Of a stretch of 64,000 nucleotides of DNA, positions 30,243-40,774 are shown one piece after another. Within the stretch, counting starts at the first letter, position 1. The number at the start of each line of letters is the position of its first letter. The position numbers and the translations under genes are program-made. The stretch comes from Deferribacterales bacterium (lineage in GTDB: Bacteria; Chrysiogenota; Deferribacteres; Deferribacterales; Geovibrionaceae), in contig JBFWLW010000002.1 of the NCBI GenBank assembly GCA_050251945.1, positions 160,001-224,000 of the forward strand, given 5' to 3'. Below the pieces are notes generated by a model. It had not been told where the DNA came from, searched no databases, and saw nothing but the letters and a program-made list of their open reading frames with translations.

Positions 30243-33200
30243 TTACAGATAATCAAGCAGACTTACATTTAAAAGCAGCGATGTTGATTTCAGCGCATAC
30301 TGGTAAGCCGTTTCCGCAACCGTGAGATCCGCCGAAGCCTGTGTCTGGTCTATAAGGGTCGATCCCGTATATTTCGCTTTCAGCTCCTCAGTTGTGAGCT
30401 TAAGCGACTGGTTAAACGTTATCGCGGATTCCGCTTTGCTAGTGCTGTTGCCGACAGTGGTCAGCGCGGAAAGAACCTGAGATTCCGCCTGTGCCAGCAC
30501 GTCCAGTTCATATTCGATACCGGAACCCACAGCCGCCGTGAAAGAATCCGTGGCATAAAGGTAGCCCGCGTCATAATACTGATAAACGCCGTCCGCTACA
30601 TAATATTTCTCGCCTGCGGTGTCCATCGAATATGTATTTATAAGTTCGCCGTCGTCTCCTGTGACCTTTATCTTAACAGAATCGCCCGCTTTGGCAAAAC
30701 CAAGCGTGCTTTCGTAGTCGCCGGAAACGGCTGTTCCTGTTGCACCGCTGAAAACGAAACCTATGCCGTCAGAGCCTGTCAGTTCAGCCTGAACCACGCC
30801 GCTGATACCGGCATCGGAGAGTTTTTCATTAATGTTCGCGATGATGTCTTCATATGTCATGAAGTTTTCGGCGTCAACCTCAATACTCACAGTGTGGTCG
30901 GTACCGTCGTTGTACGAGAAGGTCAGAGTTCTTTGCTCGGAGTTCTTCTCGCTGAGATCCATAATGACTGCGGACCGGTTTACAACAGTATCGGCTCCGA
31001 CTTTGTTCTGGAAGCCGAGGGCGCCTGTTTCATCGCCTGAAACTATAATATCGGATGTTGGACCGGAAAATGAAATTAAATTTCCGGCATCAAGCGAAAC
31101 ACTGACTCCGGCAGGGAGCTGAGGCGTTATGACAGCCAGCAGCGCCGTACTGTCCGCATAGTCCACATTCGGTACGGTTACGGTGGTGTTTTGCCATGCC
31201 GAGCCGTCGTAGTAGTCAATGTCCAGCGTCACGGGATTATCCAGATTGCTGAGAGCAAGCTCCGCTGTGGTCTCGGCTCTTGCGGGATAAGTATCGTCCA
31301 TACCCATGACATAGGCGGACAGGTCATCGTCATAGTTTACATCTATCTCCGTTGCACCTGAGTTCGTATCAATACGAAGCTGTCCGTTATCGTTGTAAGC
31401 CCTTACGCCCATCTGCTGAAGGTCGTAATCAGCATTTATCTGCGCAACAAAATCGTCCAGTTTGTCTGCCGCCGTGGCTGCGGATGAGGAAAAGTTTCTT
31501 GTCACTTTCCCGTCTTCATTATTCAGCACCAGCTCAAAGCCCACTGTGCCGACGTTCAGGTCTTTGAAACTCGATGATGTCCACTCCTGTTTTTTCTGGA
31601 GATAGAAATCACTCTGCGAATCGGTATACTGAACTTCAAAGTTAAATATCTCGTTATAGTTTCCGCGGAACTCACCGTCCAGATAAGGAACGGCAGACGA
31701 GCCGAGATCCTCTTTTGACCATGAGCTCGGAGCTCCGATACCTGAATCGGGAATGTTCATTTCAAGGGCGAAATAGAGGTTTTCAAGGGATTTGAAAACG
31801 TTGACATTCTCACCTTTTTCGGTAACGTTCAGGTCGCCGAAGCTAAGGTTTGAGTTCGCGGTCAGCTCTACCTCGAACGATGTTGTGATAGGTGTCGCGG
31901 AATTGGCGATGTCGCCGAGCTGTATCTTAACCCCGTTGCCTATCTCTATTTCTCCGCCGTTGTACGATGCCTTTGAGATGGGGCTGGCGGAGTTGTCATA
32001 TACTAGATTACCGAGTTTGTCGGTAACCTGAATAGTGATATCTGTTGCGCCGACGTTCACGGTAACGTTCCAGTTGTCGTCCTTTTTAGAGCTGTAGTAA
32101 CCGGAAAGCATTATATCGGAAGAGTTTTCTGCATAACCTATACCGGAGTTGTTCTCGTCGATGGCAAATGTCATTTTGCTTGTGCCGCTTCTGAGATCCT
32201 TAACCTGAAGTTTGCCGTCAACAAGGGTTGCGTCCACCGCATTTCCGTAAAGGTTTTCAACGTATGAAAGCATATCGCTTATACGTTTCTCATCGTCAAT
32301 GGGGTAGTCGCCGCCTCTGGGCGTATCAAACTGATAATCGGTTCCGACCTTTGTGGCAAGATATGTTTCGTCAGTATATTCACAGTTCATCAGTTCAAAT
32401 TCTATGTCGTACTGTCCGGGAGTTGCCGCATCAGTAACGTTCGCGTATACGTCAAAGCCCATTCCCTTATCCATCAGCGCCTGATTGAGCGCAGACTGGA
32501 TATCAGCCGCCGAGCCGGATGCTGGGGTGAAACCGATGGTCGTACCGTTCACGGATACTTCCGTATATGCGCCGCCTGTTATGGCGACATCGTTGTGTGT
32601 TGTTGTCACCGGACCGACGTAGTTGTCGTATGACAGTTCAAACGTTGTATCCATTCCGTTCGCCGTAACAGGGAGATTGGTGAATCCCAACCTGTTGTTT
32701 TCCGAACCGGTGGCAGATATCTGCACACCTTCGCCTGTTCTGTTGGATATGAACATAAGCCTGTCGCCATCGCTTACGGCGGATATTTCCCCGCCAAGAC
32801 CCTGATTTTCAAGGCTTCTGTTGATGTCGAAAATAACTTCATCCATATCTGAATAACCTTTCTGGGAAAGGGTTATGTCATAGTCTCTGTTGCCGTATGT
32901 GACGGTTACGGTTCTTTCCTCTTCGGAAGCTTCAGACATATCGAGGTTAACGTTCCCGGGAGAGGAAACCCTCGCCGTGCCTATAGCATAGCCGTTGTGG
33001 TCGGTTCCTGAAAATTTTACAGAATCCGCAGTGCTGACGTTAGCGCCGTCTATCTGCGAAAATTTTGTGGTATTTGTAATGCCCAGCCCGTTAACGGTGT
33101 TTCTGGTGGTACCTTTTGTAGTTCTGTAGGTCTCCATAAAGGTATCCTGACCGCTCACGTTTATAACCACTTCCTGATTGGAAGCTATTTTTGATGTTAT

Positions 33201-34028
33201 CTGCCCGTCGTCACCCACATATGTGATATCGTCGCCGGGGGTATAGTAAAACTGCATCTTAATACTCTGACCGTTGGGTATATCGTCAGGAAGTTTTATA
33301 CCGACGCCGACGCCTGTGTTGATAACGCCTTCTCCGTTATACGCCGCAACAAGAGTGTCGGTGGTCAGGTTGCCTGTGGTTGTGGTCTCGTCAGACCCGT
33401 TGCTGTCAAGCAAAACGGATTTGCCGAGAGAATCAGTCATGGTGACATAAGAAACGCCGTCCATTACGCTTATGTTGACGGTGTACGCGCCCTCCGACAG
33501 TTCAGGCATATCGCCGTAAAGCTTTTTGGAAATCGCTTCGGTGCCGGAATATGAGGACACCACCGCTGAAACCTCTCTGTCACCGCTGACAAACGGTTCG
33601 GTCTGAGTTTCGTATCCGCCGAAAACATATCTGCCGAGATATTGCGAATTGCCTATATCCTTCATAGCATTGAGTATCGACAAAACCTCACCTGCAAGAG
33701 CCTTCCGGCTCTCTGCGTTCTGGCTGTCGTTTCGTCCGGCAACTGCAAGTTCGTTGCGCGCTTTTGAAAGATAATCATAGGCTGTCTGAAGAAGGTTGTC
33801 CTCGTTGTCCAGCCATGTCACAGCGTTGTCTGCATTTCTGCCGTACTGTGTCGCTTCGTTGGACATTATCTGCATATTATACGCGGTGACATAATATGTA
33901 GGATCGTCTTCGGGGTTGAGCATGTTTCTTCCTGCTGCAACTCTTTCATTGGCATCCAGAAGATTTGAAAGGCTTCTGGCATTACCGGAAGTGTAGTTCA
34001 TATGTATCATATTTGTAGTAATTCTCAT
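30243..34028 (-). CDS. flgL: Flagellar hook-associated protein 3 (FlgL), unusually large
   Basis: FlgL-type N-terminus (MRIT...PEDDP, GRYVFGG) and C-terminus (AYQYAL...SLLDYL); directly after flgK. Confidence 0.85.
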   Translation of the reverse strand: MRITTNMIHMNYTSGNARSLSNLLDANERVAAGRNMLNPEDDPTYYVTAYNMQIMSNEATQYGRNADNAVTWLDNEDNLLQTAYDYLSKARNELAVAGRNDSQNAESRKALAGEVLSILNAMKDIGNSQYLGRYVFGGYETQTEPFVSGDREVSAVVSSYSGTEAISKKLYGDMPELSEGAYTVNISVMDGVSYVTMTDSLGKSVLLDSNGSDETTTTGNLTTDTLVAAYNGEGVINTGVGVGIKLPDDIPNGQSIKMQFYYTPGDDITYVGDDGQITSKIASNQEVVINVSGQDTFMETYRTTKGTTRNTVNGLGITNTTKFSQIDGANVSTADSVKFSGTDHNGYAIGTARVSSPGNVNLDMSEASEEERTVTVTYGNRDYDITLSQKGYSDMDEVIFDINRSLENQGLGGEISAVSDGDRLMFISNRTGEGVQISATGSENNRLGFTNLPVTANGMDTTFELSYDNYVGPVTTTHNDVAITGGAYTEVSVNGTTIGFTPASGSAADIQSALNQALMDKGMGFDVYANVTDAATPGQYDIEFELMNCEYTDETYLATKVGTDYQFDTPRGGDYPIDDEKRISDMLSYVENLYGNAVDATLVDGKLQVKDLRSGTSKMTFAIDENNSGIGYAENSSDIMLSGYYSSKKDDNWNVTVNVGATDITIQVTDKLGNLVYDNSASPISKASYNGGEIEIGNGVKIQLGDIANSATPITTSFEVELTANSNLSFGDLNVTEKGENVNVFKSLENLYFALEMNIPDSGIGAPSSWSKEDLGSSAVPYLDGEFRGNYNEIFNFEVQYTDSQSDFYLQKKQEWTSSSFKDLNVGTVGFELVLNNEDGKVTRNFSSSAATAADKLDDFVAQINADYDLQQMGVRAYNDNGQLRIDTNSGATEIDVNYDDDLSAYVMGMDDTYPARAETTAELALSNLDNPVTLDIDYYDGSAWQNTTVTVPNVDYADSTALLAVITPQLPAGVSVSLDAGNLISFSGPTSDIIVSGDETGALGFQNKVGADTVVNRSAVIMDLSEKNSEQRTLTFSYNDGTDHTVSIEVDAENFMTYEDIIANINEKLSDAGISGVVQAELTGSDGIGFVFSGATGTAVSGDYESTLGFAKAGDSVKIKVTGDDGELINTYSMDTAGEKYYVADGVYQYYDAGYLYATDSFTAAVGSGIEYELDVLAQAESQVLSALTTVGNSTSKAESAITFNQSLKLTTEELKAKYTGSTLIDQTQASADLTVAETAYQYALKSTSLLLNVSLLDYL

Positions 34029-34040
34029 GTCAGCCCCCTG

Positions 34041-35792
34041 TTATCTGCCGCCGGTACCGAGACCGTTCACTATTTTGTCGATCATCTCATCGACAACGTT
34101 GATGAATCTTGCGCTTGCCTCATAGGCTCTCTGAAAGCGTATGATATCCGCCATCTCCTCGTCGAGCGAAACACCCTTGATACTCTCAAGTTTAAGGGAA
34201 TATTCGTCTACAAGATTCTCTTTTGTGGCCGCATAGGTGTCTGCGGTGGACTTGTCTGTTGCGATGGTTCCTATGAACAGAGAGTAAAACTCGTCCAGAG
34301 TTACATTATGTTCGAGCAGGTCGGTGTTCTTAAGGTCAGCAATTGCCGCCGCGTTTGTGTTGTCGCCGACAGCGCCCGACTGTGATGTTGCAAGGTAGCC
34401 GATGTTCTCTTTGATCAGCGAGGAAACGTCTATGTTCGTCGCATCCTGACCGGAGAAGAAACCGTAGGTTCCGGAAGCAACCAGAAAACCGGAAGTATCC
34501 TCTGCAAAAGAGAACGTATATCCGGATTCGGAAGTTATTTTGAGTGTGTTGCTCTGTGAAAGGGAAGCCTGTATCAGACCGCCGTTGGGATTGCCGTCGG
34601 CGTAAGATATCTTGGATATTACAGAGTTAAGAGAATCCGTTGCCGGATCTATCTCTATGTCGAGATTCTGTACCAGATTTCCCTCGCTGTCGTAAACCGC
34701 GATACGGAGAACGCCTTCATTAACAGCGGAAGGGAATGCACCGGCAGCCTCTCCAAGAGGATAAGAAGGGTTTTTTACGCCGCTGGAGGATGTTATCTGG
34801 GTGAGTCTGTCTGAACCCTGACCGAGAGCGTGCAGTTTATTTGTAGATGTTATCAGCGAGGATGCGAGATCATCAAGCTGATCCATATAATTCTGTGTCA
34901 GGTTGTCGCGCACCTCAAGCTCTCCGCCTATTTTTCCTGAATTGAACGCGGATGTGATATTCACACCCTGCTCACTGGAGGTATTTGAACCCCAATAAAT
35001 ACTTACGTCGGTGTCGCTGCCGGATGTCTGGGCTGCTGTAAGGCTGAAATAGTTACCCTCGTCAACCAGCGCGTTTCCGCCGACATAAACGGCAACCTGT
35101 CCGGAAGAGCGTTCAACAACAGATATATTGGTCATGTCTGAAAGGTCATTCAGCAGAAGCTCTCTCTGGTCGCGAAGGTCGTTCGCCATTGAGCCTGTCG
35201 CCTCAATTAATGCTATCTGTCCGTTCAGATAGGAGATGTTCTGGGAAATGGAATTTATTTCAGAAACATAGTCTTTGATATTTTTGTTCGATTGTTCCTG
35301 CATACCTTCAAGTGCCGAATAACTTGCGCGTATCTTTTCAGCCAGAACAGATGCTTTTTCAACAACAGTCTGCTTTTTGATAAGCGCTTCGTCTGATTCG
35401 TCGGTTGCGGTGTTTGCAAGGTCGCTCCATGCATCGAAATATTCCGACATCGCCTCGCCGAGACCCGAACCGTCCTCAAGCTCATTGAAATATATTTCAA
35501 TATTGGTAAGGGTATCCTGAAGCGTCGTGTAATAAGCCAGATCGGACGTTTCGTTCCTTATAGTGGAAGCAAGAACAGAATCGTATACCTGCACAACGTT
35601 CTCAACTGTTACGCCGCGCCCGAAAACGCCATAGCTTGTGAGCTGTGAGTTTGCTGTCACAAGGCTCACTCTCTGTCTTGAATATCCTTCAGTGTCTACG
35701 TTTGCGATGTTATTACCGGCAGCGTCAATCTGCGCCTGTGACGCAAAAAGCCCCGATACACCCGTGGATAATATTCCAAATATGTTTCCCAT
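34041..35792 (-). CDS. flgK: Flagellar hook-associated protein 1
   Basis: NNIANVDTEGYSRQ and GVSLDEEMADIIRFQRAYEASA. Confidence 0.95.
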   Translation of the reverse strand: MGNIFGILSTGVSGLFASQAQIDAAGNNIANVDTEGYSRQRVSLVTANSQLTSYGVFGRGVTVENVVQVYDSVLASTIRNETSDLAYYTTLQDTLTNIEIYFNELEDGSGLGEAMSEYFDAWSDLANTATDESDEALIKKQTVVEKASVLAEKIRASYSALEGMQEQSNKNIKDYVSEINSISQNISYLNGQIALIEATGSMANDLRDQRELLLNDLSDMTNISVVERSSGQVAVYVGGNALVDEGNYFSLTAAQTSGSDTDVSIYWGSNTSSEQGVNITSAFNSGKIGGELEVRDNLTQNYMDQLDDLASSLITSTNKLHALGQGSDRLTQITSSSGVKNPSYPLGEAAGAFPSAVNEGVLRIAVYDSEGNLVQNLDIEIDPATDSLNSVISKISYADGNPNGGLIQASLSQSNTLKITSESGYTFSFAEDTSGFLVASGTYGFFSGQDATNIDVSSLIKENIGYLATSQSGAVGDNTNAAAIADLKNTDLLEHNVTLDEFYSLFIGTIATDKSTADTYAATKENLVDEYSLKLESIKGVSLDEEMADIIRFQRAYEASARFINVVDEMIDKIVNGLGTGGR

Positions 35793-35822
35793 GTCCCTCT
35801 CCCGCCTTATTTCGGGCGAACT

Positions 35823-36302
35823 TTAGCCTGTCTGACAGATAGTTGACGTTTTAACAGACTTATACTGCTTTGAAATGCCGTATGTGTTTCTGCCTGCAAT
35901 GCCGAGCTTCTGGAAAAGCCCGTCGATGAGCGTCATATTTGTCTTAAAGAGAATTTTGAGTGAAGTGTTCGCGTCGTTCACTTTTTTCGTAAGGGTGACA
36001 AGCTCGTTGCGGACTGCCATCAGCTCCGAGGAGTATTCCCCCGCGAGTTCACGCGCGATGATCTCGACACGAAGCCCTTCGCGTTCGTGCTGTTTTTCGA
36101 TCTTTTTGATACAGTTGACAAAAGCCTCATTGATAACCTTTTCTTTATAAGCAAGGGTATCCTTGGTCTTCGCCAGCTCGTTTGTACGGGCGGCGTTCCA
36201 TTTCATTGCGGCTTCTCTTTCCTGTTGAAGAATGGACAGCATCTCAGTGTAAACTTTTTTCTGAGAGTCCATTATCTCAAGCAATGCTTTGATGTTTTCC
36301 AT
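35823..36302 (-). CDS. flgN: Flagellar export chaperone FlgN
   Basis: Helical protein between flgM and flgK; GGAGGT RBS. Confidence 0.75.
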   Translation of the reverse strand: MENIKALLEIMDSQKKVYTEMLSILQQEREAAMKWNAARTNELAKTKDTLAYKEKVINEAFVNCIKKIEKQHEREGLRVEIIARELAGEYSSELMAVRNELVTLTKKVNDANTSLKILFKTNMTLIDGLFQKLGIAGRNTYGISKQYKSVKTSTICQTG

Positions 36303-36369
36303 CTCATACCTCCGAATGATTCGGCAGTTATGAGACACAGGTCTGGACGGGGATTTTGACTAAAGTTTT

Positions 36370-36669
36370 TTAGTAGAGGTCTTCCACAGACGTCTGAACT
36401 ATTTTTTCCGCAACCTGGCGTCCGGAAACATCGTATGTTCCGTTTTCGATCCTGCTTTTAAGATCCGCCACCAGATCTGTTCTGACATCAGGGGATGATG
36501 CAAGGGTATTTTTCATTCCTGCCAGCACCTTAGCGCTGTCAGAAAGGGAAACCGAATCAGAGCCGGATGTCGATGAGGCAGACTCCGCAGATGAAGCAGA
36601 GGTCTTCTTCTTTGAAGCCGCTTCGTTCGCCTTGTTCAGGTCGAATCTCATTTTGTCGTCTATTCTCAT
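36370..36669 (-). CDS. flgM: Anti-sigma-28 factor FlgM
   Basis: DSVSLS and VADLKSRIENGTYDV motifs. Confidence 0.9.
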   Translation of the reverse strand: MRIDDKMRFDLNKANEAASKKKTSASSAESASSTSGSDSVSLSDSAKVLAGMKNTLASSPDVRTDLVADLKSRIENGTYDVSGRQVAEKIVQTSVEDLY

Positions 36670-36692
36670 TTTGAGCCTCCGGTACTAGTCTC

Positions 36693-36719
36693 TAATCGGA
36701 CTACCCTATAAAAACTTTA
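36693..36719 (-). promoter_or_regulatory. Sigma-28 (FliA) promoter of flgM
   Basis: Minus strand TAAA-N15-TCCGATTA versus consensus TAAA-N15-GCCGATAA. Confidence 0.75.
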
Positions 36720-36786
36720 GCAGTTTTGCTCCGGTTATTCCAGTAAAAAAAACTGTTACCCGTTTCCTGCTCTCATATCGCGTCAG

Positions 36787-37179
36787 TTATCTGACTGACA
36801 TTTCAGAAGCAACATCCGTGCCACTTAATTGCTGCCTTAACTTGACTATATCGTCCCCTGCAGAGGCTGTTTTTTCCTGTGCGGGGAAATTATTTCCTTT
36901 ATCGTCTTCTGCGTATTTTCCCAGTGAATCATATAGCATTTTCGCAAGTCCCATTCCGCCGCCTTTAACGGATTCCTGAGCAACCTCGGAATCGAGCATA
37001 GAGGTGAATATCTCCTCTCCGCGGCTTTTGGGAATAAGTCCGCCTTCAATATCGGATTTACGCATGCTCTCGAACATCTTTGAAACGAAAAGCGCCTCGA
37101 AATCCTCACAGGCTTTTTTCAGTTTTTCGCTTTTATCCTTCGCATAGCTTACGGAGCTGTCTACAAGGTCTATGTTCAT
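36787..37179 (-). CDS. flgJ: FlgJ rod-binding domain protein (no muramidase domain)
   Basis: LKKACEDFEALF...MRKS and GLAKMLY motifs. Confidence 0.85.
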   Translation of the reverse strand: MNIDLVDSSVSYAKDKSEKLKKACEDFEALFVSKMFESMRKSDIEGGLIPKSRGEEIFTSMLDSEVAQESVKGGGMGLAKMLYDSLGKYAEDDKGNNFPAQEKTASAGDDIVKLRQQLSGTDVASEMSVR

Positions 37180-38297
37180 TACATCACCTGCAATTCGCCG
37201 TGGAGTGCGCCGGCAGATTTTATCGCCTGAAGAATGGATATCAGATCACGGGGGGTCACGCCTATAGAGTTAAGCGCTTTCACAAGGTCGCTTATCGCCA
37301 CGCCCTCGGGAACGACCATGAGCTTGGCGTTCTCCTCGGTAACGGTTATCTGCTGCTGCTGTTGCTGCCCCTGCTGATTATTATTGTTGTTCTGTCCGCC
37401 CTGATTGCCCACAAAGTTCTGGTTCTGGTTTACCTCTACCGTAGAATTGATGTTTATGGTCAGATTCCCGTGGGAAACCGCAACCGTGTTTATACGAACG
37501 TCTGCACCCATGACTATGGTTCCGGTGCGCTCATCCACAACAACTTTCGCAAGGTTTGTGGGCTCAATTTCAGCCGAGAGGACGTTATCCATAAAAACAT
37601 AGAAATTATCCATCTGTGCGCGTGGAACTATGACCTCAAGGGTGGAAGGTGAGGTTATCTTCGCAACGTTTGAACCGATGCGGTCGTTTATGGCGTTCTT
37701 GGCCTTGACCATGTCGGATACGCTCCCGTTTTTGAAGTTAAGAACTATATTGGATTCGTCCATATTGTAAGGTACTTCGCGCTCAACTATTGCGCCGTTG
37801 GGTATCATGCCCACCGTAGGGTGATTCTTTATGGTTCCTGCCCCCGCTGCGGCAACGTTCATACCGCCAACCGATACCGGACCCTGTGCAACCGCATACA
37901 CCTGACCGTTTGCCGCGGAAAGGGGTGTCATAAGCAGTGTGCCGCCCTCAAGGCTTTTCGCATCGCCAACTGATGAGACTATTACGTCCATCTTGCTGCC
38001 GCTGTTTGAAAAGGGCATGAGCTTGGCAGTTACCATAACAGCCGCAACGTTCTTAACCTTTACGGCGTTCTTATCCACTGTTATACCCATCCTCTCCATC
38101 ATGTTCACCAGCGACTGAACGGTGAATTCGGTACCGCTTTTGTCGCCGGTTCCGTTGAGACCGACAACGAGACCGTAACCGATAAGCTGGTTGTCCCTGA
38201 TCCCCTCAACGTTTGAAATATCTCTTATCTTTACCAGAGCGAAAGCACTCTGCGCGAATACTGCTATCAGAAGTGTTAAAAGTACTGTCCTCACCAT
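37179..38297 (-). CDS. flgI: Flagellar P-ring protein
   Basis: NQLIGYGLVVGLNGTGD and SLEGGTLL motifs. Confidence 0.95.
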   Translation of the reverse strand: MVRTVLLTLLIAVFAQSAFALVKIRDISNVEGIRDNQLIGYGLVVGLNGTGDKSGTEFTVQSLVNMMERMGITVDKNAVKVKNVAAVMVTAKLMPFSNSGSKMDVIVSSVGDAKSLEGGTLLMTPLSAANGQVYAVAQGPVSVGGMNVAAAGAGTIKNHPTVGMIPNGAIVEREVPYNMDESNIVLNFKNGSVSDMVKAKNAINDRIGSNVAKITSPSTLEVIVPRAQMDNFYVFMDNVLSAEIEPTNLAKVVVDERTGTIVMGADVRINTVAVSHGNLTININSTVEVNQNQNFVGNQGGQNNNNNQQGQQQQQQITVTEENAKLMVVPEGVAISDLVKALNSIGVTPRDLISILQAIKSAGALHGELQVM

Positions 38298-38305
38298 GTC
38301 CCCCC

Positions 38306-39025
38306 TTAGAAAGGCATTATCCAGTTGATAAGCGTCATAAGCCATCCGGGTTTGTTCGCATCCGAAAGCATACCGGAACCGCTGTAGGCAATTTTGGCAT
38401 CTGCAATAGCTGTGGAAGCCACAGTATTGTCAGCCGCTATGTCCTTCTGGCGGACGATACCGCTCAGAGTGATTGTCTGTTTTTCATTGTCCACGATTAT
38501 CTCTCTGTGCCCCTCAATAACGAGGTTGCCTGAGGGAAGAACCTCAATCACCCTCGCCCCTATGGTACCTGTCACCCTGTCTGTTTTAGACTTTGACCCG
38601 TTTCCTGTGAAGCTGTTGGATGAGTTAAGGCTGTTGTCCAGATTAAGCGCGTTTCCGGTACCCAGCAGGTTTGAAACGCCAAGGTTTGTGGGAAGCCCCA
38701 TCAGGTTTGTGAGTGTGGATGAAGTAGCCTGAGTTTTCGCCGTTGCTGTGGAGTTGGAGTTTGTGGCGGAAGAACTTTCGATTATGTTGACAGTGATGAT
38801 GTCGCCGATGTGTCTGCCCTTATAGTCGAGAAACAGGCTGCTTTGCGAAGCGGTGTCAGTCCAGAGCGAAGCTGTGGGCTTCTTGGATGCCTGCATCTTT
38901 CTGTAATCGTCAAGCTCTTTTTGATAGCTGTTTGTAAGAGCGTCGTTCTCAAAGGTGGGCTTCTTTGCGCATCCGGTTGTGATAACCGCTGTCAGAACCA
39001 GCATCAAAAGAATATTTTTCATCAT
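38306..39025 (-). CDS. flgH: Flagellar L-ring lipoprotein
   Basis: Lipobox TTGC; GDIITV and GNLVIEG motifs. Confidence 0.93.
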   Translation of the reverse strand: MMKNILLMLVLTAVITTGCAKKPTFENDALTNSYQKELDDYRKMQASKKPTASLWTDTASQSSLFLDYKGRHIGDIITVNIIESSSATNSNSTATAKTQATSSTLTNLMGLPTNLGVSNLLGTGNALNLDNSLNSSNSFTGNGSKSKTDRVTGTIGARVIEVLPSGNLVIEGHREIIVDNEKQTITLSGIVRQKDIAADNTVASTAIADAKIAYSGSGMLSDANKPGWLMTLINWIMPF

Positions 39026-39060
39026 GTCATACTCCGCAGCTTATATTCAACAGAGTAATA

Positions 39061-39075
39061 ACAAAATCCGTGCCA
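39061..39075 (-). promoter_or_regulatory. Sigma-54 (-24/-12) promoter upstream of flgH
   Basis: Minus strand TGGCACG-GATT-TTGT versus consensus TGGCACG-N4-TTGC. Confidence 0.65.
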
Positions 39076-39113
39076 GATTATGAACAGATTATGGAGATTA
39101 AGACAGCATGGTG

Positions 39114-39962
39114 TTATCTTGAATTAACAATGACTTTGCGTCCTTCGGAGTAGGTTCCGCGGATAATTTTGCCGCTGGCGATGTTTTCCGCACGGACGAT
39201 TTTTCCCTCGTAGGCATCCTCAGTCAGTCTGCCCTGCGCGGCTATCTCAAGATTGCCCGATCTGTAGATTATCGTTACGTTTGAATCTTTAAGTGCATCG
39301 GGCTGTTTCTCGACAACGCTGTCGGTGATGGGTCTGCCCGCCGGAATGTTTATGCTTGCCATAAAGCCGTCAAGCTTCATGACAGGTTCACCGTGAACCT
39401 TTGACAGATCCATGCGGTAAATGGCGGCTCTTGATGCCACGAGTTCACCCCTCTTTATCATGGAGGAGGCGACGTACACATCTTTATAAGCTTTCAGCAG
39501 GACGCTGTAGCTGTATTTCCTTGTTCCGTTGTCAACACCGACGGAAACGTTTCCGAACCTGTTGACCGGAATATCTATCTTATACTGCATGCTTTCGGCT
39601 GTGTAGAAGGGTCTTGTCATGCGTACCTGCTCAACCTCGACACTCATGTCGGGATACATCACGGCAAGCTGGTTTTTGATATCTTCTTTAAAGCGATCCT
39701 CGGTTATCTCCGTGCCGCGGCGCTTGAAGGTCGCCTCGCCCGGCTGGGCGCCTGTTATCTTGTACTTATTTATGATATAGGCGGCCATCTGTCTGTTGAT
39801 GACCTTTTCCTGTCCGTAGTCCAGTCCGCAATACACTTCGTCGTTTATCGGAAAACCGGGAAAGATGTCCCTGAGGGTGACGCATTCCGAATCTATCAGA
39901 ATTACGCTTGCCTCGGCTCTGGCAAAAACCATCATAAAAATAAGCAGTATTACAAATCTCAT
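39114..39962 (-). CDS. flgA: P-ring formation chaperone FlgA
   Basis: Signal peptide, C-terminal SAF-like region (EDAYEGKIVRAENIASGK); lies between flgG and flgH. Confidence 0.8.
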   Translation of the reverse strand: MRFVILLIFMMVFARAEASVILIDSECVTLRDIFPGFPINDEVYCGLDYGQEKVINRQMAAYIINKYKITGAQPGEATFKRRGTEITEDRFKEDIKNQLAVMYPDMSVEVEQVRMTRPFYTAESMQYKIDIPVNRFGNVSVGVDNGTRKYSYSVLLKAYKDVYVASSMIKRGELVASRAAIYRMDLSKVHGEPVMKLDGFMASINIPAGRPITDSVVEKQPDALKDSNVTIIYRSGNLEIAAQGRLTEDAYEGKIVRAENIASGKIIRGTYSEGRKVIVNSR

Positions 39963-39974
39963 GCCTATACTATA

Positions 39975-40763
39975 TTATCTTTTTAGGCTGTTGACAACCT
40001 GAAGCATATCGTCCGCAGTCTGAATAGCCTTGGAATTTATCTCGTATGCCCTCTGGGCAGTGATCATATTTACCATATCCTCAACAACGCTCACGTTTGA
40101 CATCTCAAGGACACCCTGCGCTATGGTACCGAAGTTCTCTTCACCGGGTACTCCTGCAACAGGTTCACCGCTGGCGCCTGATGGGACATAGAAATTTTTT
40201 CCTATAGCCTTCAAACCCGCAGGGTTGATAAAACGCACAAGCTCAATCTGTCCGACTTCCTGTGCTTCATCCTGATCAGGCGTCACAACGCTTATGGTTC
40301 CGTCTTCTCCGAAAGAGATGGACGTTGTGTTGTCGGGAATCGTTACGGCAGGGTCGAGAAGATAACCGTTCTCATTGGTCAGGTTTCCGTTAACGTCTAT
40401 TTTCAGAGAACCCGCCCTCGTGTAACCTATGTCGCCGTTGGGAAGCTGGAACTGGAAATATCCATCACCTTCAATAGCAATATCAAGATCAACGTCGGTG
40501 TTCTGGAAACTGCCCTGCGAGTGTACCTTTTCAACGGCGGAAACCTTTGTACCAAGACCCACCTGAATACCTGTTGGGTGTGTCAGACCTGCGGCGGATA
40601 TAGCGCCTGCCGGTTTGATCTCCTGATATATAAGATCCTGAAAGAACGTTCTGGATTTTTTAAATCCGATGTTGTTAACGTTCGCAAGGTTGTTCGATAT
40701 GGTATCAATATTCGTCTGTTGTGCCGTCATGCCGGAGGCGGCTGTCCAAAGTGCCCTGAACAT
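39975..40763 (-). CDS. flgG: Flagellar distal rod protein
   Basis: [13 protein letters not shown] and LEMSNV motifs. Confidence 0.95.
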   Translation of the reverse strand: MFRALWTAASGMTAQQTNIDTISNNLANVNNIGFKKSRTFFQDLIYQEIKPAGAISAAGLTHPTGIQVGLGTKVSAVEKVHSQGSFQNTDVDLDIAIEGDGYFQFQLPNGDIGYTRAGSLKIDVNGNLTNENGYLLDPAVTIPDNTTSISFGEDGTISVVTPDQDEAQEVGQIELVRFINPAGLKAIGKNFYVPSGASGEPVAGVPGEENFGTIAQGVLEMSNVSVVEDMVNMITAQRAYEINSKAIQTADDMLQVVNSLKR

Positions 40764-40774
40764 TTATCTGCTCC

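Noticed and set aside
30230..30256. Sigma-28-like GCCGATTA upstream of fliW
   Set aside because: The -10 matches but there is no TAAA -35 at 15 bp spacing; too weak to call.
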